A DNA stretch of 32,000 bases from Phycisphaera mikurensis NBRC 102666 (lineage in GTDB: Bacteria > Planctomycetota > Phycisphaerae > Phycisphaerales > Phycisphaeraceae): contig NC_017080.1 in assembly GCF_000284115.1 (NCBI RefSeq), positions 2,310,001 to 2,342,000 of the forward strand, in the 5' to 3' direction. The stretch's first letter is position 1. The number at the start of each line of letters is the position of its first letter. The translations under genes and the position numbers were made by a program. The notes below the pieces were generated by a model, which was not told the origin of the DNA, ran no database searches, and was given only the letters and a program-made list of their open reading frames with translations. Shown piece by piece: positions 8,316 to 17,178 of the stretch.

Positions 8316-9248
8316 TCAGGCAACGCGTCTTCCCGCCGCGGTGCCGCGGCGGAGCCGCCGGCTCTCCGCGAGCACGCCGGCGGCCGCGGCGACCTGGCTC
8401 AGCGCGATGTGCATCCCCTCCACGACGTGCCGGGGCCGGCGGACGCGGCCGATGGCGCGGCGCACCAGCTCCGCGTGGAAGCCGCCGAGCCCGGCCGTCG
8501 CGGCCGCCCCGCGCCGGGCGGAAGCCCGCACCCGGAACTGCAGGCTGCCACCGCCGTAGCCGCGGTGCTGCCGCCAGAACGCGGCGAGGCCCATCGGGTG
8601 GAAGTGGTCGACCGCCGCCTCGGGCGCGTAGGCCGCCGGGTGCCCGGCGTGCTGGAAGCGGTGGCAGAAGTCGAAGTCTTCGCCGGCCGGCAGCGGGAAA
8701 CGCTCGTCGAAACCGCCCACGGCCAGGAAGGCCTCACGCGGCACGCAGAGGTTCGCAGTGACGAACAGCCACGCGCCGTCCGGGCCGGAACCGCGGCCGG
8801 CGCGGACGCCGCGCTCGTAGAAGAGCTCCGTCACGAAGTGGCTCGCGACGGCGGCCGGGTTCTCCGGCGTGGCGTTCACGAAGGCGCCGCCGAGCATCGC
8901 CGCCGGTCGCTCGGCGAGCCGATCGGCGAAGCGGGCGAGCCAGTCCGGCCTCGGCTCGCAGTCGTCGTCGGTGAAGGCGAGGTGGGGGTGGATCGCCTCC
9001 GCCGCGCCGCGGTTGCGGGCGGCGGCCGGCCCGGCGTTCGCCTGCCGGATCACGCGCAGGCGGAGGCGCGGAGCCTCGCCCGCGAGCGCGGCGGCGTCGA
9101 GGGGCTCGACGCTCCCGTCGTCCACGACCACCGCCTCGAGCCGATCCGCGGGCCACTCCAGCCGCCCGAGCGCGGCGACGCAGCGGCGGATCCGCTCGGG
9201 GCGGTCGAACGCGGGCACGATCACGCTGAAGGCGGTCGCGGGGCTCAT
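8316..9248 (-). CDS. Family-2 glycosyltransferase
   Basis: FSVIVPAFDRPERIRRCVAAL, AVVVDDGS and the DDD-containing HLAFTDDDCEPRPDW are the classic GT2 layout. The ATG is at 9248. Confidence 0.85.
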   Translation of the reverse strand: MSPATAFSVIVPAFDRPERIRRCVAALGRLEWPADRLEAVVVDDGSVEPLDAAALAGEAPRLRLRVIRQANAGPAAARNRGAAEAIHPHLAFTDDDCEPRPDWLARFADRLAERPAAMLGGAFVNATPENPAAVASHFVTELFYERGVRAGRGSGPDGAWLFVTANLCVPREAFLAVGGFDERFPLPAGEDFDFCHRFQHAGHPAAYAPEAAVDHFHPMGLAAFWRQHRGYGGGSLQFRVRASARRGAAATAGLGGFHAELVRRAIGRVRRPRHVVEGMHIALSQVAAAAGVLAESRRLRRGTAAGRRVA

Positions 9249-9299
9249 CGCGGGCTCTTCCCGTCCGGCGGCGTGCGGCGGGTCGCAGGCGGCGGGTCT

Positions 9300-10832
9300 T
9301 CAGGCACGCGGAAGGGTATCTCCCGCGGGTCCCGCCGCGGGCCGCTCCCGCCGGGCGAGCAGGAGCCAGGCCGCCCCGCCGACGAGGGCGAAGACGGCGC
9401 CGGCGGCGCTCGCGCGGGCTGCCGCGGTCGAGGGGTCCTGGGGATCGCCCGGCAGCAGCGACAGCAGCCCCGCGGCGGCCAGCGCCGCGGCGACCGCGGC
9501 GGCGAGGGCGGGAGCCGCCGGTCCGAGCAGGTCGGCCAGCCGCACCTTCGAGCGGCGGGTGGCGTAGGCGGCGCCCGGCAGCCCCACGAGCAGCTGGGCG
9601 AGGGCGAAGCCTTGCGCGACGCCGACCGCCACGGCGGCGTCGCCGCCGGCGCGGGCGGCGCCCAGGAGCGCTCCGGCGGACACGCAGGCCGCGCCGGTGA
9701 CGGCCGAGCCGACCGACCAGAGGACCTGGCGCCGGGAGTCGCCCTCGATGAGGAACAGCCACTTGGTCGGGGCGGCGACGACGCCCACGACCGCGCCTGC
9801 GCAGAGCACCCGGACGACCGGGGTCGCCGCGTCCCACCGCGGGCCCAGCAGCAAGCGGACGAGCTCCCCGGGGACCACCACGCCCACCGCGGCCGGCATC
9901 ATCGACGCGAGGTACACCCGCGAGAGGGCGCGTCGGAAGGCGTGGCGGTACCGGCCCTCCTCGCCGTCGCGCAGCCGGCACGCGGCCGAGACCACCACCT
10001 GCTGCAGCGGCTGCTGGACGCCGCGGGCGACCATCGTCGACCACTCGAAGCTCTTCTGATAGAGCCCCAACGCGGCGTCCCCCGCGAGGCCGCCGATGAG
10101 GGGGCGGTCGAGGTTGTTGCCCACCGAGAGCACGACCCGCGACGCCGTGACGCCGCCGGAATACCGCTTCAGGCGATCGAGCGTCACCCGCAGCTCGCCG
10201 GCGGGCGCGACCGCGGGCTCCCGCAGCGGCCGCCAGCCCGAGAGCAGCCAGCAACCGGCGGCCGTCGCGACGCGCTGGCCCGCGAAGAGCACGGCGAGCG
10301 CCCACACGCCTGCGCCGGCGGCGGCGGCGGCGACCGCGGCGGCGACGGCAAGGCCCAGCGCCACGGTCTCGATCGCCGCGAGCGCCTCGAAGCGCATGCC
10401 GCGGCGCAGCACGGCCCGGTGCAGGTTGAGCAGCGTGGCGAAGCCGACGGCGCCGGCGCACACCAGCACGAGCGGCGTGATGACGGCGTGCCCGTAGAAC
10501 CACGCCGCCAGCGGGCCCGTGGCGGCGAGCACCGGCACCAGCAACAGCACGAGGCGGCGGTTGAGCCGGAACATCGCCGCGGCCAGCGGCGGATCGAAGC
10601 GGCTGTGGTGCACGAGCGCGTGCGGCAGGCCGAAGTCCGCCAGCGGCCCCAGGAAGGCGAAGGCCGTCGTCGCCATCGCCATCAGGCCGAAGGCCTCGGG
10701 CCCGAGCTGACGCGCGAGGATCGCCGTCGCGGCGACGCCCAGCAGCGTCTGCACGCCCCCGGAGCCGAGCGCCGCGACGGCGGAGCGGCGCGTGCGGACG
10801 CCGAGGCTCTGCTGGTCCCGCCCCCCGCTCAC
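9300..10832 (-). CDS. Wzx-like polysaccharide flippase (MOP/PST superfamily)
   Basis: The N-terminus reads ...TLLGVAATAILARQLGPEAFGLMAMATTAFAFLGPLADFGL, followed by about 12-14 hydrophobic helices. The GTG start at 10832 forms a GTGA overlap with the stop of the upstream gene. The remainder of track ORF 9300..12464 is an off-frame artefact. Confidence 0.8.
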   Translation of the reverse strand: MSGGRDQQSLGVRTRRSAVAALGSGGVQTLLGVAATAILARQLGPEAFGLMAMATTAFAFLGPLADFGLPHALVHHSRFDPPLAAAMFRLNRRLVLLLVPVLAATGPLAAWFYGHAVITPLVLVCAGAVGFATLLNLHRAVLRRGMRFEALAAIETVALGLAVAAAVAAAAAGAGVWALAVLFAGQRVATAAGCWLLSGWRPLREPAVAPAGELRVTLDRLKRYSGGVTASRVVLSVGNNLDRPLIGGLAGDAALGLYQKSFEWSTMVARGVQQPLQQVVVSAACRLRDGEEGRYRHAFRRALSRVYLASMMPAAVGVVVPGELVRLLLGPRWDAATPVVRVLCAGAVVGVVAAPTKWLFLIEGDSRRQVLWSVGSAVTGAACVSAGALLGAARAGGDAAVAVGVAQGFALAQLLVGLPGAAYATRRSKVRLADLLGPAAPALAAAVAAALAAAGLLSLLPGDPQDPSTAAARASAAGAVFALVGGAAWLLLARRERPAAGPAGDTLPRA

Positions 10833-12103
10833 GGCGTCCCGCCGCCGACGAGCCGCGCCACGGCCGCGACCGTCTTGGCCGCGTCGGCCCGCATCGCGTC
10901 CATGCCCTCCGCCAGCCGGCGGTCGGCGGCCTCGGGCCGCTCCGCCACGCGCCGCAGCCGCGACGCGATCTCGCTGGCGGTCGCCGCGTCCGCCGGCAGG
11001 CACGCCTCCGCCAGGCCCAGCCGCCGCATGAAGTCGTCGCACTTGCCGGTGTACGCGAGCATGACCGCGGGGGTCCCGCGGCCGGCCGCGAAGATGGCGG
11101 GGTGCAGCCGGCCGGCGAGCAGGACGCGGCACCGGCCGTAGAGCGCGGCGAGCACGGCGGGCCCGAGCTTCTCGGTGATCACCGCGGCCTCGCCGCCGCG
11201 GGCCATGCGGCCCCGCACGGCCTCCATGACCTCGAGGTCCGAGTCGCGCTCGCGTCCGGTGCGGTAGTCGGTCGAGCAGAACAGCACGCGGTCGAAGCGG
11301 TCGGCCGCCGCGTCGAGGGCTCCGGCGGCGGCCGCCAGCAGCCGGCCGTGGCCGGCATCGCCGAGGCCGTAGCGGCCGCGGAGGTCGCGGAGGCAGACCG
11401 CCAGCACGCGGCCGGAGGCGTCGACACCGGCCCGCTCCAGCGCCGCGCCGGCTGCGCGCTCGTCGGCTTCGCCCACGCGCAGCCGGCACGCCGCGTCCGC
11501 CGCCTCCACCAGGCGGCCGCCGCCCGCGGGCACGCCGAGCTTCCGGAGCGCCGGCGCCGATCGCGCGTCGCGCGTCGCAATCAGGTCGACGCGCCGGAAG
11601 ATCCGCCCCGCCCACCGGCGTTTCGCCGCGCCCCCCACCCCGGACCAGGCGAAGGGGCCGAAGCCCTGGCCCCAGAGCACGACCGGCGCGCCGGCGGCGT
11701 GGGCCGCCGCGACGCGGAGGTCCAGTTCCATCAGCTTCTCGCGGTGCAGGAAGACGTCGTTGCCCTGCGGCCCGCCCTGGAAGACGACGAGGCCGACGCC
11801 CTCGAACGCCCGGGCGGCCGCCGGCGGCGAAGACGCGCTGCCCCGGCGGCGGAGCGCCCGGAGCCGCCGCCACGAGGCGAGCGCGGCCAGGGGCCCCCCG
11901 GTCGAGCGGAGCCGCGGCTTGGGGCCCACGCCGACCGGGCCGGAGAGATCGAAAGCCTCGTAGTCCGCGGGCGTCTGCGTGGCGATCGCCAGCTCCGCCG
12001 CCGGGAAGAGCTCGCGCAGCTCCTGCAGGATCGCCAGGCCGATGCCCGCGTCGCCCACGGTGGGAGCCGAGCCGAAGAACAGGATGCGGTTCGGAGCGGG
12101 CAC
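10829..12103 (-). CDS. Polysaccharide pyruvyl transferase family protein
   Basis: RILFFGSAPTVGDAGIGLAILQEL at the N-terminus. DLIATRDARS and the C-terminal GRLHPAIFAAGRGTPAVMLAYTGKCDDFMRRLGL resemble the PS_pyruv_trans (CsaB/WcaK-type) layout. The start is GTG at 12103. Confidence 0.8.
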   Translation of the reverse strand: MPAPNRILFFGSAPTVGDAGIGLAILQELRELFPAAELAIATQTPADYEAFDLSGPVGVGPKPRLRSTGGPLAALASWRRLRALRRRGSASSPPAAARAFEGVGLVVFQGGPQGNDVFLHREKLMELDLRVAAAHAAGAPVVLWGQGFGPFAWSGVGGAAKRRWAGRIFRRVDLIATRDARSAPALRKLGVPAGGGRLVEAADAACRLRVGEADERAAGAALERAGVDASGRVLAVCLRDLRGRYGLGDAGHGRLLAAAAGALDAAADRFDRVLFCSTDYRTGRERDSDLEVMEAVRGRMARGGEAAVITEKLGPAVLAALYGRCRVLLAGRLHPAIFAAGRGTPAVMLAYTGKCDDFMRRLGLAEACLPADAATASEIASRLRRVAERPEAADRRLAEGMDAMRADAAKTVAAVARLVGGGTP

Positions 12104-12232
12104 GCGAGGAAGCTATCGGAGCGTCGGGCCTCCGCCGACAGCGCACCGGCCCGCCTCCACGCCGATACTCCCACTGTGGACCCCGCCGCTCCCCGAGACG
12201 GAAACGCCGCCGCCGGTCCGCTGGCGGAGCCC

Positions 12233-12700
12233 ATGCCGGCTTGGCGTCGGCGGGTGGTGGCCGCGGGCCTCGTGGGCTTCGTGCTCGTTTCCGCGGCGCA
12301 CGCGCTGACCGGGCGGGAGCACTGGCCGTTCTCCCCGTACGCGATGTACTCCACGCCGAAGGCGGACTACCAGAGCGACAAGCTGCTGCTCGTCGCCGTC
12401 GACGCCGCGGGGGAGGAGCGGTGGCTGCTCTCGGCGGCCGAGCTCGCGCCGCTGAACCGGGCAAAGGTGGACGCGGTGCTGGGGCGCGCCCGCCGGGCCG
12501 ACGGCCAAGGCCGGTCCGTGGCGCACGCCGGGCCCACGCTGCGGCGGGCCTTCGTCGACCTGGTCGGCGTCATCGAGCGCCACCACCCCGAAGCCGCCGC
12601 CTTCCGCCTCTACCACGCCGTGTGGGAGATGGATCCGGCCGCGGCGAACCTCCGCGACCCCGAGGTGTGGGACCTGCTCGCCGAGGAGCCCGCCCGGTGA
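12233..12700 (+). CDS. Small single-pass membrane protein that resembles the C-terminal domain of the downstream HTTM protein
   Basis: ATG at 12233, with an alternative GTG at 12176. One N-terminal helix (VVAAGLVGFVLVSAAHAL). The motif EHWPFSPYAMYS aligns with ESYPLTAMQMFA in the tail of the 13592-15160 product. Its stop overlaps the next gene's GTG (GTGA). Confidence 0.55.
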   Translation: MPAWRRRVVAAGLVGFVLVSAAHALTGREHWPFSPYAMYSTPKADYQSDKLLLVAVDAAGEERWLLSAAELAPLNRAKVDAVLGRARRADGQGRSVAHAGPTLRRAFVDLVGVIERHHPEAAAFRLYHAVWEMDPAAANLRDPEVWDLLAEEPAR

Positions 12701-13599
12701 GCCCCGTCGCCCGATGCCGCGGGTTCCTCTCCCGCTGGCTCTTCGCTCCCGCCGAGGCGGGGCCGCTGGGCCTCTGCCGCCTGGCGTTCTACGGCCTGCT
12801 GTTCCTGTACTTCGTGCGGCTGGACTTCGCGGCCTTCGGCGGCTTGCCGGACTCGGTGTTCCACCCGATCAGCGTCTTCCGGGTCTTCCGCATCCCGGTG
12901 GCGCCCCCGGCGGCGCTCGACGCGGCGCAGCTGGTCTGGAAGGCGTCGCTGCTGCTCGCCGCGATCGGCCTCGCCACCCGGCCCGCCTGCTGGATCGCCT
13001 TCCTCGTCGGCACCTACCTGCTCGCGGTGCCGCAGAACGCCGGCCGGGTCTTCCACGACGACGCGCTGCTGGTCTTCATCCTCGCGGCCCTTGCGTTCTC
13101 CCGCTGCGGGGCGGCGTGGAGCGTCGACGCGTGGCTCCGCCGGCGTCGCGGCGGCCAGCCCGCGGCCCCCAGCGGCGAGCACCGTTGGCCGCTGATCTTC
13201 GCGCAGGTCGTGCTTTCCTGCGTGTTCTTCGCGGCGGGCTGGGCGAAGCTGAGAAACGGCGGGCTCGCCTGGGTGTTCAGCGATCACATGAGCACGGTGC
13301 TCATCAAGCAGCAGTACAACAGCGACCCGTGGGTAAACTGGGGCCTGCACGTCGCGGCGCGGCCGTGGCTGGCGAGCGTGATGGCCGCCTCGACGCTGCT
13401 GATCGAGCTCGCTTACCCGCTTGCGCTCGCGAGCCGGCGGGTGCGGTGGATCGTCGTGCCGGGCATGGCCGCCGCGCAGGTGGGCATCCGGGCGCTGATG
13501 GGGCCGGCGTTCTGGCCCTTCCTCATCTGCAACGTGTTCTGGATCCCGATGATGGTCCCCGGCGGCGGGATCCGCGGACCGTGGAGGGAACGTGGCTGA
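12697..13599 (+). CDS. HTTM-domain (vitamin K-dependent gamma-carboxylase-like) integral membrane protein
   Basis: GTG at 12697. LGLCRLAFYGLLFLYF..., ...AIGLATRPACWIAFLVGTYLL..., FFAAGWAKLRNGGLAWV and LIELAYPLAL match the HTTM helix pattern as I remember it. Confidence 0.7.
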   Translation: MSPVARCRGFLSRWLFAPAEAGPLGLCRLAFYGLLFLYFVRLDFAAFGGLPDSVFHPISVFRVFRIPVAPPAALDAAQLVWKASLLLAAIGLATRPACWIAFLVGTYLLAVPQNAGRVFHDDALLVFILAALAFSRCGAAWSVDAWLRRRRGGQPAAPSGEHRWPLIFAQVVLSCVFFAAGWAKLRNGGLAWVFSDHMSTVLIKQQYNSDPWVNWGLHVAARPWLASVMAASTLLIELAYPLALASRRVRWIVVPGMAAAQVGIRALMGPAFWPFLICNVFWIPMMVPGGGIRGPWRERG

Positions 13600-15160
13600 A
13601 ACGGCCGCCGTCCGCGGTGCCACGCTACGGGCGATGCTCGTCGCGACGGCGGTGCTCACGCCCGCGGTCTTCCTGCTCTCCCTCGCCGGCGGGCAGCGGC
13701 ACTTCCACGGGCACGGGCTGCCCGGCCTGCGGGGCCTGGTGCTCGCGGCCTGCGTGGGGCTCGGCGTGGCGGTGGCGATCTTCGGCGTCCGCAGATCCTT
13801 CCTGCGGCGCTGCGTGCCGCCGGCGAGCCCTCTCGCCTTGGGCGTGATCCGCTGCTGGACCTGCCTGGTCGCCGCGTCGGTGGCGCTGGTGACGCCGGCC
13901 GCGAGCATCGTGCACGCGCCGACGGCGGAGCTGACGCCGATGGGCGTGATGGACCTCCTGTACGCGGCCCCCGCCGGCGTCGGACGCTTGAGCTTCTGGG
14001 TCGCGACCACGCCGGCGGCGACACACGCGTTCCAGGGCCTCACCGCGGCGCTGCTCCTGCTCGCCGCCGCCGGCTGGCGGACCCGCTGGACGCTGCCGCT
14101 GGCGGCAGTCGCCTACCTGGTGCTCGGCGGCATCCCCCGCAGCCACCTGAAGTTCTTCCACGCCGGGCTTCTGCCCTTCTTCGCGTTGGCGGTGCTCTCC
14201 TTCCTGCCGTGTGCCGACGCCTTCAGCCTCGACGCACGCCGGCGCCGACGGGCGGGCGGAACCCCGCCGCCGCCCGGCGTCCCGACCCCCCGGCACGGGC
14301 GCGCCCGCTTCCTGGTCTACCTCGCGATCGGCCTCCCCTACGCCGCGGCCGGGCTCTCGAAGTTCGCCGGCGGCGGGCTCTTCTGGGCGGGCCCGCACAA
14401 CCAGCGGGCGATGCTCTTCGACCAGAGCCTGAACCCCATGGGCGACGCCCCCTTCCTCCCGCTGCTGCGGATGACGCCGGGCTTCGTCTTCGGGTTCATG
14501 GGCGCTAGCGCGTTGCTCGCCGAGCTGGGCATGGCCTTCGCCGCGACCTCGCGGTGGGTGCGGCGGGTGATCCCGCCGACGATCGCGCTGATGCACGCGG
14601 GCACGTGGGCGTTCATGGGCATCTTCTTCTGGGAGAGCGCCCTCCTGATGGCGGTGTTCCTGAACTGGCGGCCGCTCGGGCGGGCGCTGCGGCTCCCGCT
14701 GCCCCCGCCTGGGAAGCCGGCGGAGCGTGAGGAGCGGGACCCCACCCGCTTCGCCGTCGCGGCGGCCCTGCTCGTCGTCGTGTCCGCCGTTCCCTGGGTC
14801 CTCCGCACCGAGTCGTACCCGCTGACGGCGATGCAGATGTTCGCCGGCTACCACGCCGCCGACGAGGTGGAGCACACCCGCCTGTTCGCGATCCGAGCGA
14901 GCGGGGCCGAGGAGCCCGCGCCCTTCCAGGACCTCGGCCTGCTCCGCCTTGGCCGCAACCTCTCGCTGCGAGCGTTCGAGGACACCCAGGAGCGGGCCCG
15001 GGTCGACCGCCTGCTCGCCGACGCCGCGGCCGGAGCGAACGCGATGCAGCCCGAGGATCCGATCGTGCGGCTCGAGCTGCGGCGCTACGCCTACCCGCTC
15101 GCGGGCACCGCCTCGGACGTCTACGCGGACCCGCTCGGCACCCTGGCCTTCGACCTCTGA
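13592..15160 (+). CDS. Polytopic membrane protein: extra N-terminal helices, a second HTTM-like domain and a soluble C-terminal domain
   Basis: GTG at 13592 overlaps the previous stop by 8 nt. The HTTM-like core reads GWRTRWTLPLAAVAYLVLG..., AAAGLSKFAGGGLFWAGPHN, LAELGMAFAA and MHAGTWAFMGIFFWE. The C-terminal ~130 aa begin ESYPLTAMQMFAGYH. Confidence 0.7.
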   Translation: MAETAAVRGATLRAMLVATAVLTPAVFLLSLAGGQRHFHGHGLPGLRGLVLAACVGLGVAVAIFGVRRSFLRRCVPPASPLALGVIRCWTCLVAASVALVTPAASIVHAPTAELTPMGVMDLLYAAPAGVGRLSFWVATTPAATHAFQGLTAALLLLAAAGWRTRWTLPLAAVAYLVLGGIPRSHLKFFHAGLLPFFALAVLSFLPCADAFSLDARRRRRAGGTPPPPGVPTPRHGRARFLVYLAIGLPYAAAGLSKFAGGGLFWAGPHNQRAMLFDQSLNPMGDAPFLPLLRMTPGFVFGFMGASALLAELGMAFAATSRWVRRVIPPTIALMHAGTWAFMGIFFWESALLMAVFLNWRPLGRALRLPLPPPGKPAEREERDPTRFAVAAALLVVVSAVPWVLRTESYPLTAMQMFAGYHAADEVEHTRLFAIRASGAEEPAPFQDLGLLRLGRNLSLRAFEDTQERARVDRLLADAAAGANAMQPEDPIVRLELRRYAYPLAGTASDVYADPLGTLAFDL

Positions 15161-15172
15161 GGCGTCGGATCC

Positions 15173-15201
15173 GCTCCGACCCGGAGCCATGCCCGCTCCG
15201 G
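15173..15201. terminator. Overlapping short GC hairpins in a convergent gap
   Basis: Two alternative stems are visible: gctccg-acc-cggagc and ccggagc-catgccc-gctccgg. They sit between the convergent stops at 15160 and 15282. There is no U-tract. Confidence 0.25.
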
Positions 15202-15281
15202 GGAACTCGCGGGCGAGCGAGGCCGACCGCCCCGCCGGTAGGCCGAGGACCGGGCGGCCCGCCGGCACTTGAGCACGCGGT

Positions 15282-15971
15282 TCAATTGCCGAGCTTCTGC
15301 TCGATCGTCCGCGTCGTCTTCTCCCCGAAGAAAGCCGCCTTGGTCACGTTGCTGACGAGGCGGCGGTAGACCGGCCCGTGCTCGCGGGAGAGGCCGAGGC
15401 TGAGCTGCAGGTCGACGCTGGCCCAGTCGGTGTCGATCTTCACCTCGTTGGCGACCTCGAAGGCCTCGCTCTTCCCCGAGGGCAGCTCGTACGTGGTCCG
15501 CGAGGGCGGCGGGACGGTCTGCTCATACGTGCCCGAGGTCTGCCGCTCGCCGCTGCCGGTCGCGAACACCTCGACCCGGCCCGAGCGCTGGAAGGTCTCC
15601 TCGGAAGACATCGTGCCGGGCACCAGCAGCGCCGGCGGATCAAACCTCAGCCGCTGATCCGACTCCTTGAGCTCGACCTCGGAAACCTCGAGGGTCCCGT
15701 CGTCGGCGGCGTGCAGGCGGAGCGCGTTGCGGTCGCCCAGCCGCATCGCCCAGCCGCCGCCGTCGATCGGTGCGAGCGTGAGCTCGGCAGAGCCACCCGC
15801 GCCCGGGCCGCTGGTGAGCTTCATGGGCCAGGACGCCTCCTCCAGCGGCAAAAGCTCGATCGCCCGCACCTCTTCCGCATCCGCGCGCGAGAAGGCGGAA
15901 GAGGCGGCGGAGGCGGCGATCGCCGGGGCGAGGGCGATCAGCGGCAGGAAGCGACGGCGTGGGCGGGGCAT
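15282..15971 (-). CDS. Secreted protein of unknown function
   Basis: An internal ATG at 15971 gives MPRPRRRFLPLIALAPAIAASAASSAFS/RADA, a basic-hydrophobic-AxA signal peptide. The rest is beta-rich. The upstream extension in the track ORF looks non-coding. Confidence 0.6.
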   Translation of the reverse strand: MPRPRRRFLPLIALAPAIAASAASSAFSRADAEEVRAIELLPLEEASWPMKLTSGPGAGGSAELTLAPIDGGGWAMRLGDRNALRLHAADDGTLEVSEVELKESDQRLRFDPPALLVPGTMSSEETFQRSGRVEVFATGSGERQTSGTYEQTVPPPSRTTYELPSGKSEAFEVANEVKIDTDWASVDLQLSLGLSREHGPVYRRLVSNVTKAAFFGEKTTRTIEQKLGN

Positions 15972-15999
15972 GGAAGGGCCTGGGAGAGGGAGTTGCGGG

Positions 16000-17178
16000 A
16001 TGGCGACACCGGCCGAAAAAACCCTAGCCCGCGGGGCGGCGGCTGCCCGGGGCGTAGCCTCGACGCCGCCCGCCCGACCGACCGATACGCCGACCGTGCC
16101 CGACCCCCGCCCCCTCCGAACCGCGCTTCTGGGCTGCGGCCGCATCGCCCGCGGCCGCCACCTGCCGATGCTCGTCCGAAGCGAACGCTTCCACGTCCTC
16201 GCGGTGGTGGACCCCGACCAGAGAAGCCGGGCCGCGGCGGAGAAGCTCGCCCCGGGAGCGAGCGGGCACGCCGATCCCGCCGCGCTCTACGCCGATGATC
16301 CCTCGGCGGAAGGCGCGGTCGAGGCGGTCGTGATCGCGACGCCCAGCCACCTCCACGGGGAGAACGCGCGGGCCGCGATCGCCGCCGGCCGGCACGTCTA
16401 CCTGGAGAAGCCGGTCGGCACGGATCTCGACGACGCCCGCGCAACGGTGGCCGCCTGGGACGCGGCGAACGCCGACCGCGGGGAGAAGCTCGTCGGCCGC
16501 ATCGGCTTCAACTACCGCTTCCACCCGATGCACCGGGCGGCCCGCGCCGCCATCGAGAGCGGCCGCTTGGGCCGGCTGGTCGCGGTCCGCAGCGTGTACA
16601 CGACGCCCGCGACCGAGCTGCCGGGCTGGAAGACCGCCCGCGCCAGCGGCGGCGGGGCGCTCCTGGACCTCGCGATCCACCACGTCGACAACCTCCGCTT
16701 CCTCACCGGGAGAGAGGTCACCTCCGTCCGCGGCCGGCTGCTCTCCCGCGCGAGCGAGCACGACACCGCGACGCTCGACCTGCTCTTCGGCGAGGGCGAG
16801 GACGCGGTGCCCGGGCAGATCACCGTCGCGATGAACGCCGTCGACGAGGACCGCACGGAGGTGATCGGCGACCGGGGCGCGGCCGTGCTCGACCGCGTGG
16901 CCGACGGCGTCGCGCGTTTCCGCGGCGCGAAGCGGGCGGGCCTGCGGCGGGCGCGGGCGCGGGCGGCGCTCGCGTCGCTAAGGCCGCAGCGGATCCCCGG
17001 CGTCGCGCCCAAGCCCGAGCCCTCGACCTCCGCCTCGCTGCACGCCTTCGCCGCCGCGGTCCGCGGGGAGGGCGCAGGCGAGCCCGATCTCCGCGACGGC
17101 CTCGCGGCGCTGGAGGTCGTGCTCGCCGCCGAAGCCGGCGCCCTCGCCCTCGCCCGGGGAGGCACGCCGGATGGCTGA
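16000..17178 (+). CDS. Gfo/Idh/MocA family NAD(P)-dependent oxidoreductase
   Basis: LRTALLGCGRIARGRHLPML is the Rossmann N-terminus. VVIATPSHLHGENARAAIAAGRHVYLEKP is the family signature EKP motif. The start is ambiguous between ATG 16000 and GTG 16096. The latter would leave a more plausible divergent promoter gap. Confidence 0.8.
   Translation: MATPAEKTLARGAAAARGVASTPPARPTDTPTVPDPRPLRTALLGCGRIARGRHLPMLVRSERFHVLAVVDPDQRSRAAAEKLAPGASGHADPAALYADDPSAEGAVEAVVIATPSHLHGENARAAIAAGRHVYLEKPVGTDLDDARATVAAWDAANADRGEKLVGRIGFNYRFHPMHRAARAAIESGRLGRLVAVRSVYTTPATELPGWKTARASGGGALLDLAIHHVDNLRFLTGREVTSVRGRLLSRASEHDTATLDLLFGEGEDAVPGQITVAMNAVDEDRTEVIGDRGAAVLDRVADGVARFRGAKRAGLRRARARAALASLRPQRIPGVAPKPEPSTSASLHAFAAAVRGEGAGEPDLRDGLAALEVVLAAEAGALALARGGTPDG

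Noticed and set aside
8409-11141. 910-aa plus-strand ORF, and the 8734-10503 minus-strand ORF, across the GT2/flippase region
   Set aside because: Their composition (runs of R, G, A, P, E, H) is off-frame-like. The minus-strand frames that carry the GT2 and Wzx signatures explain the region.
10833-12464. Upstream 544 codons of the 1054-aa track ORF 9300..12464
   Set aside because: Only the last 510 codons look like a membrane flippase. The upstream part is an Arg/Pro-rich off-frame read-through of the pyruvyl-transferase gene, which has its own convincing frame and a GTGA junction at 10829-10832.
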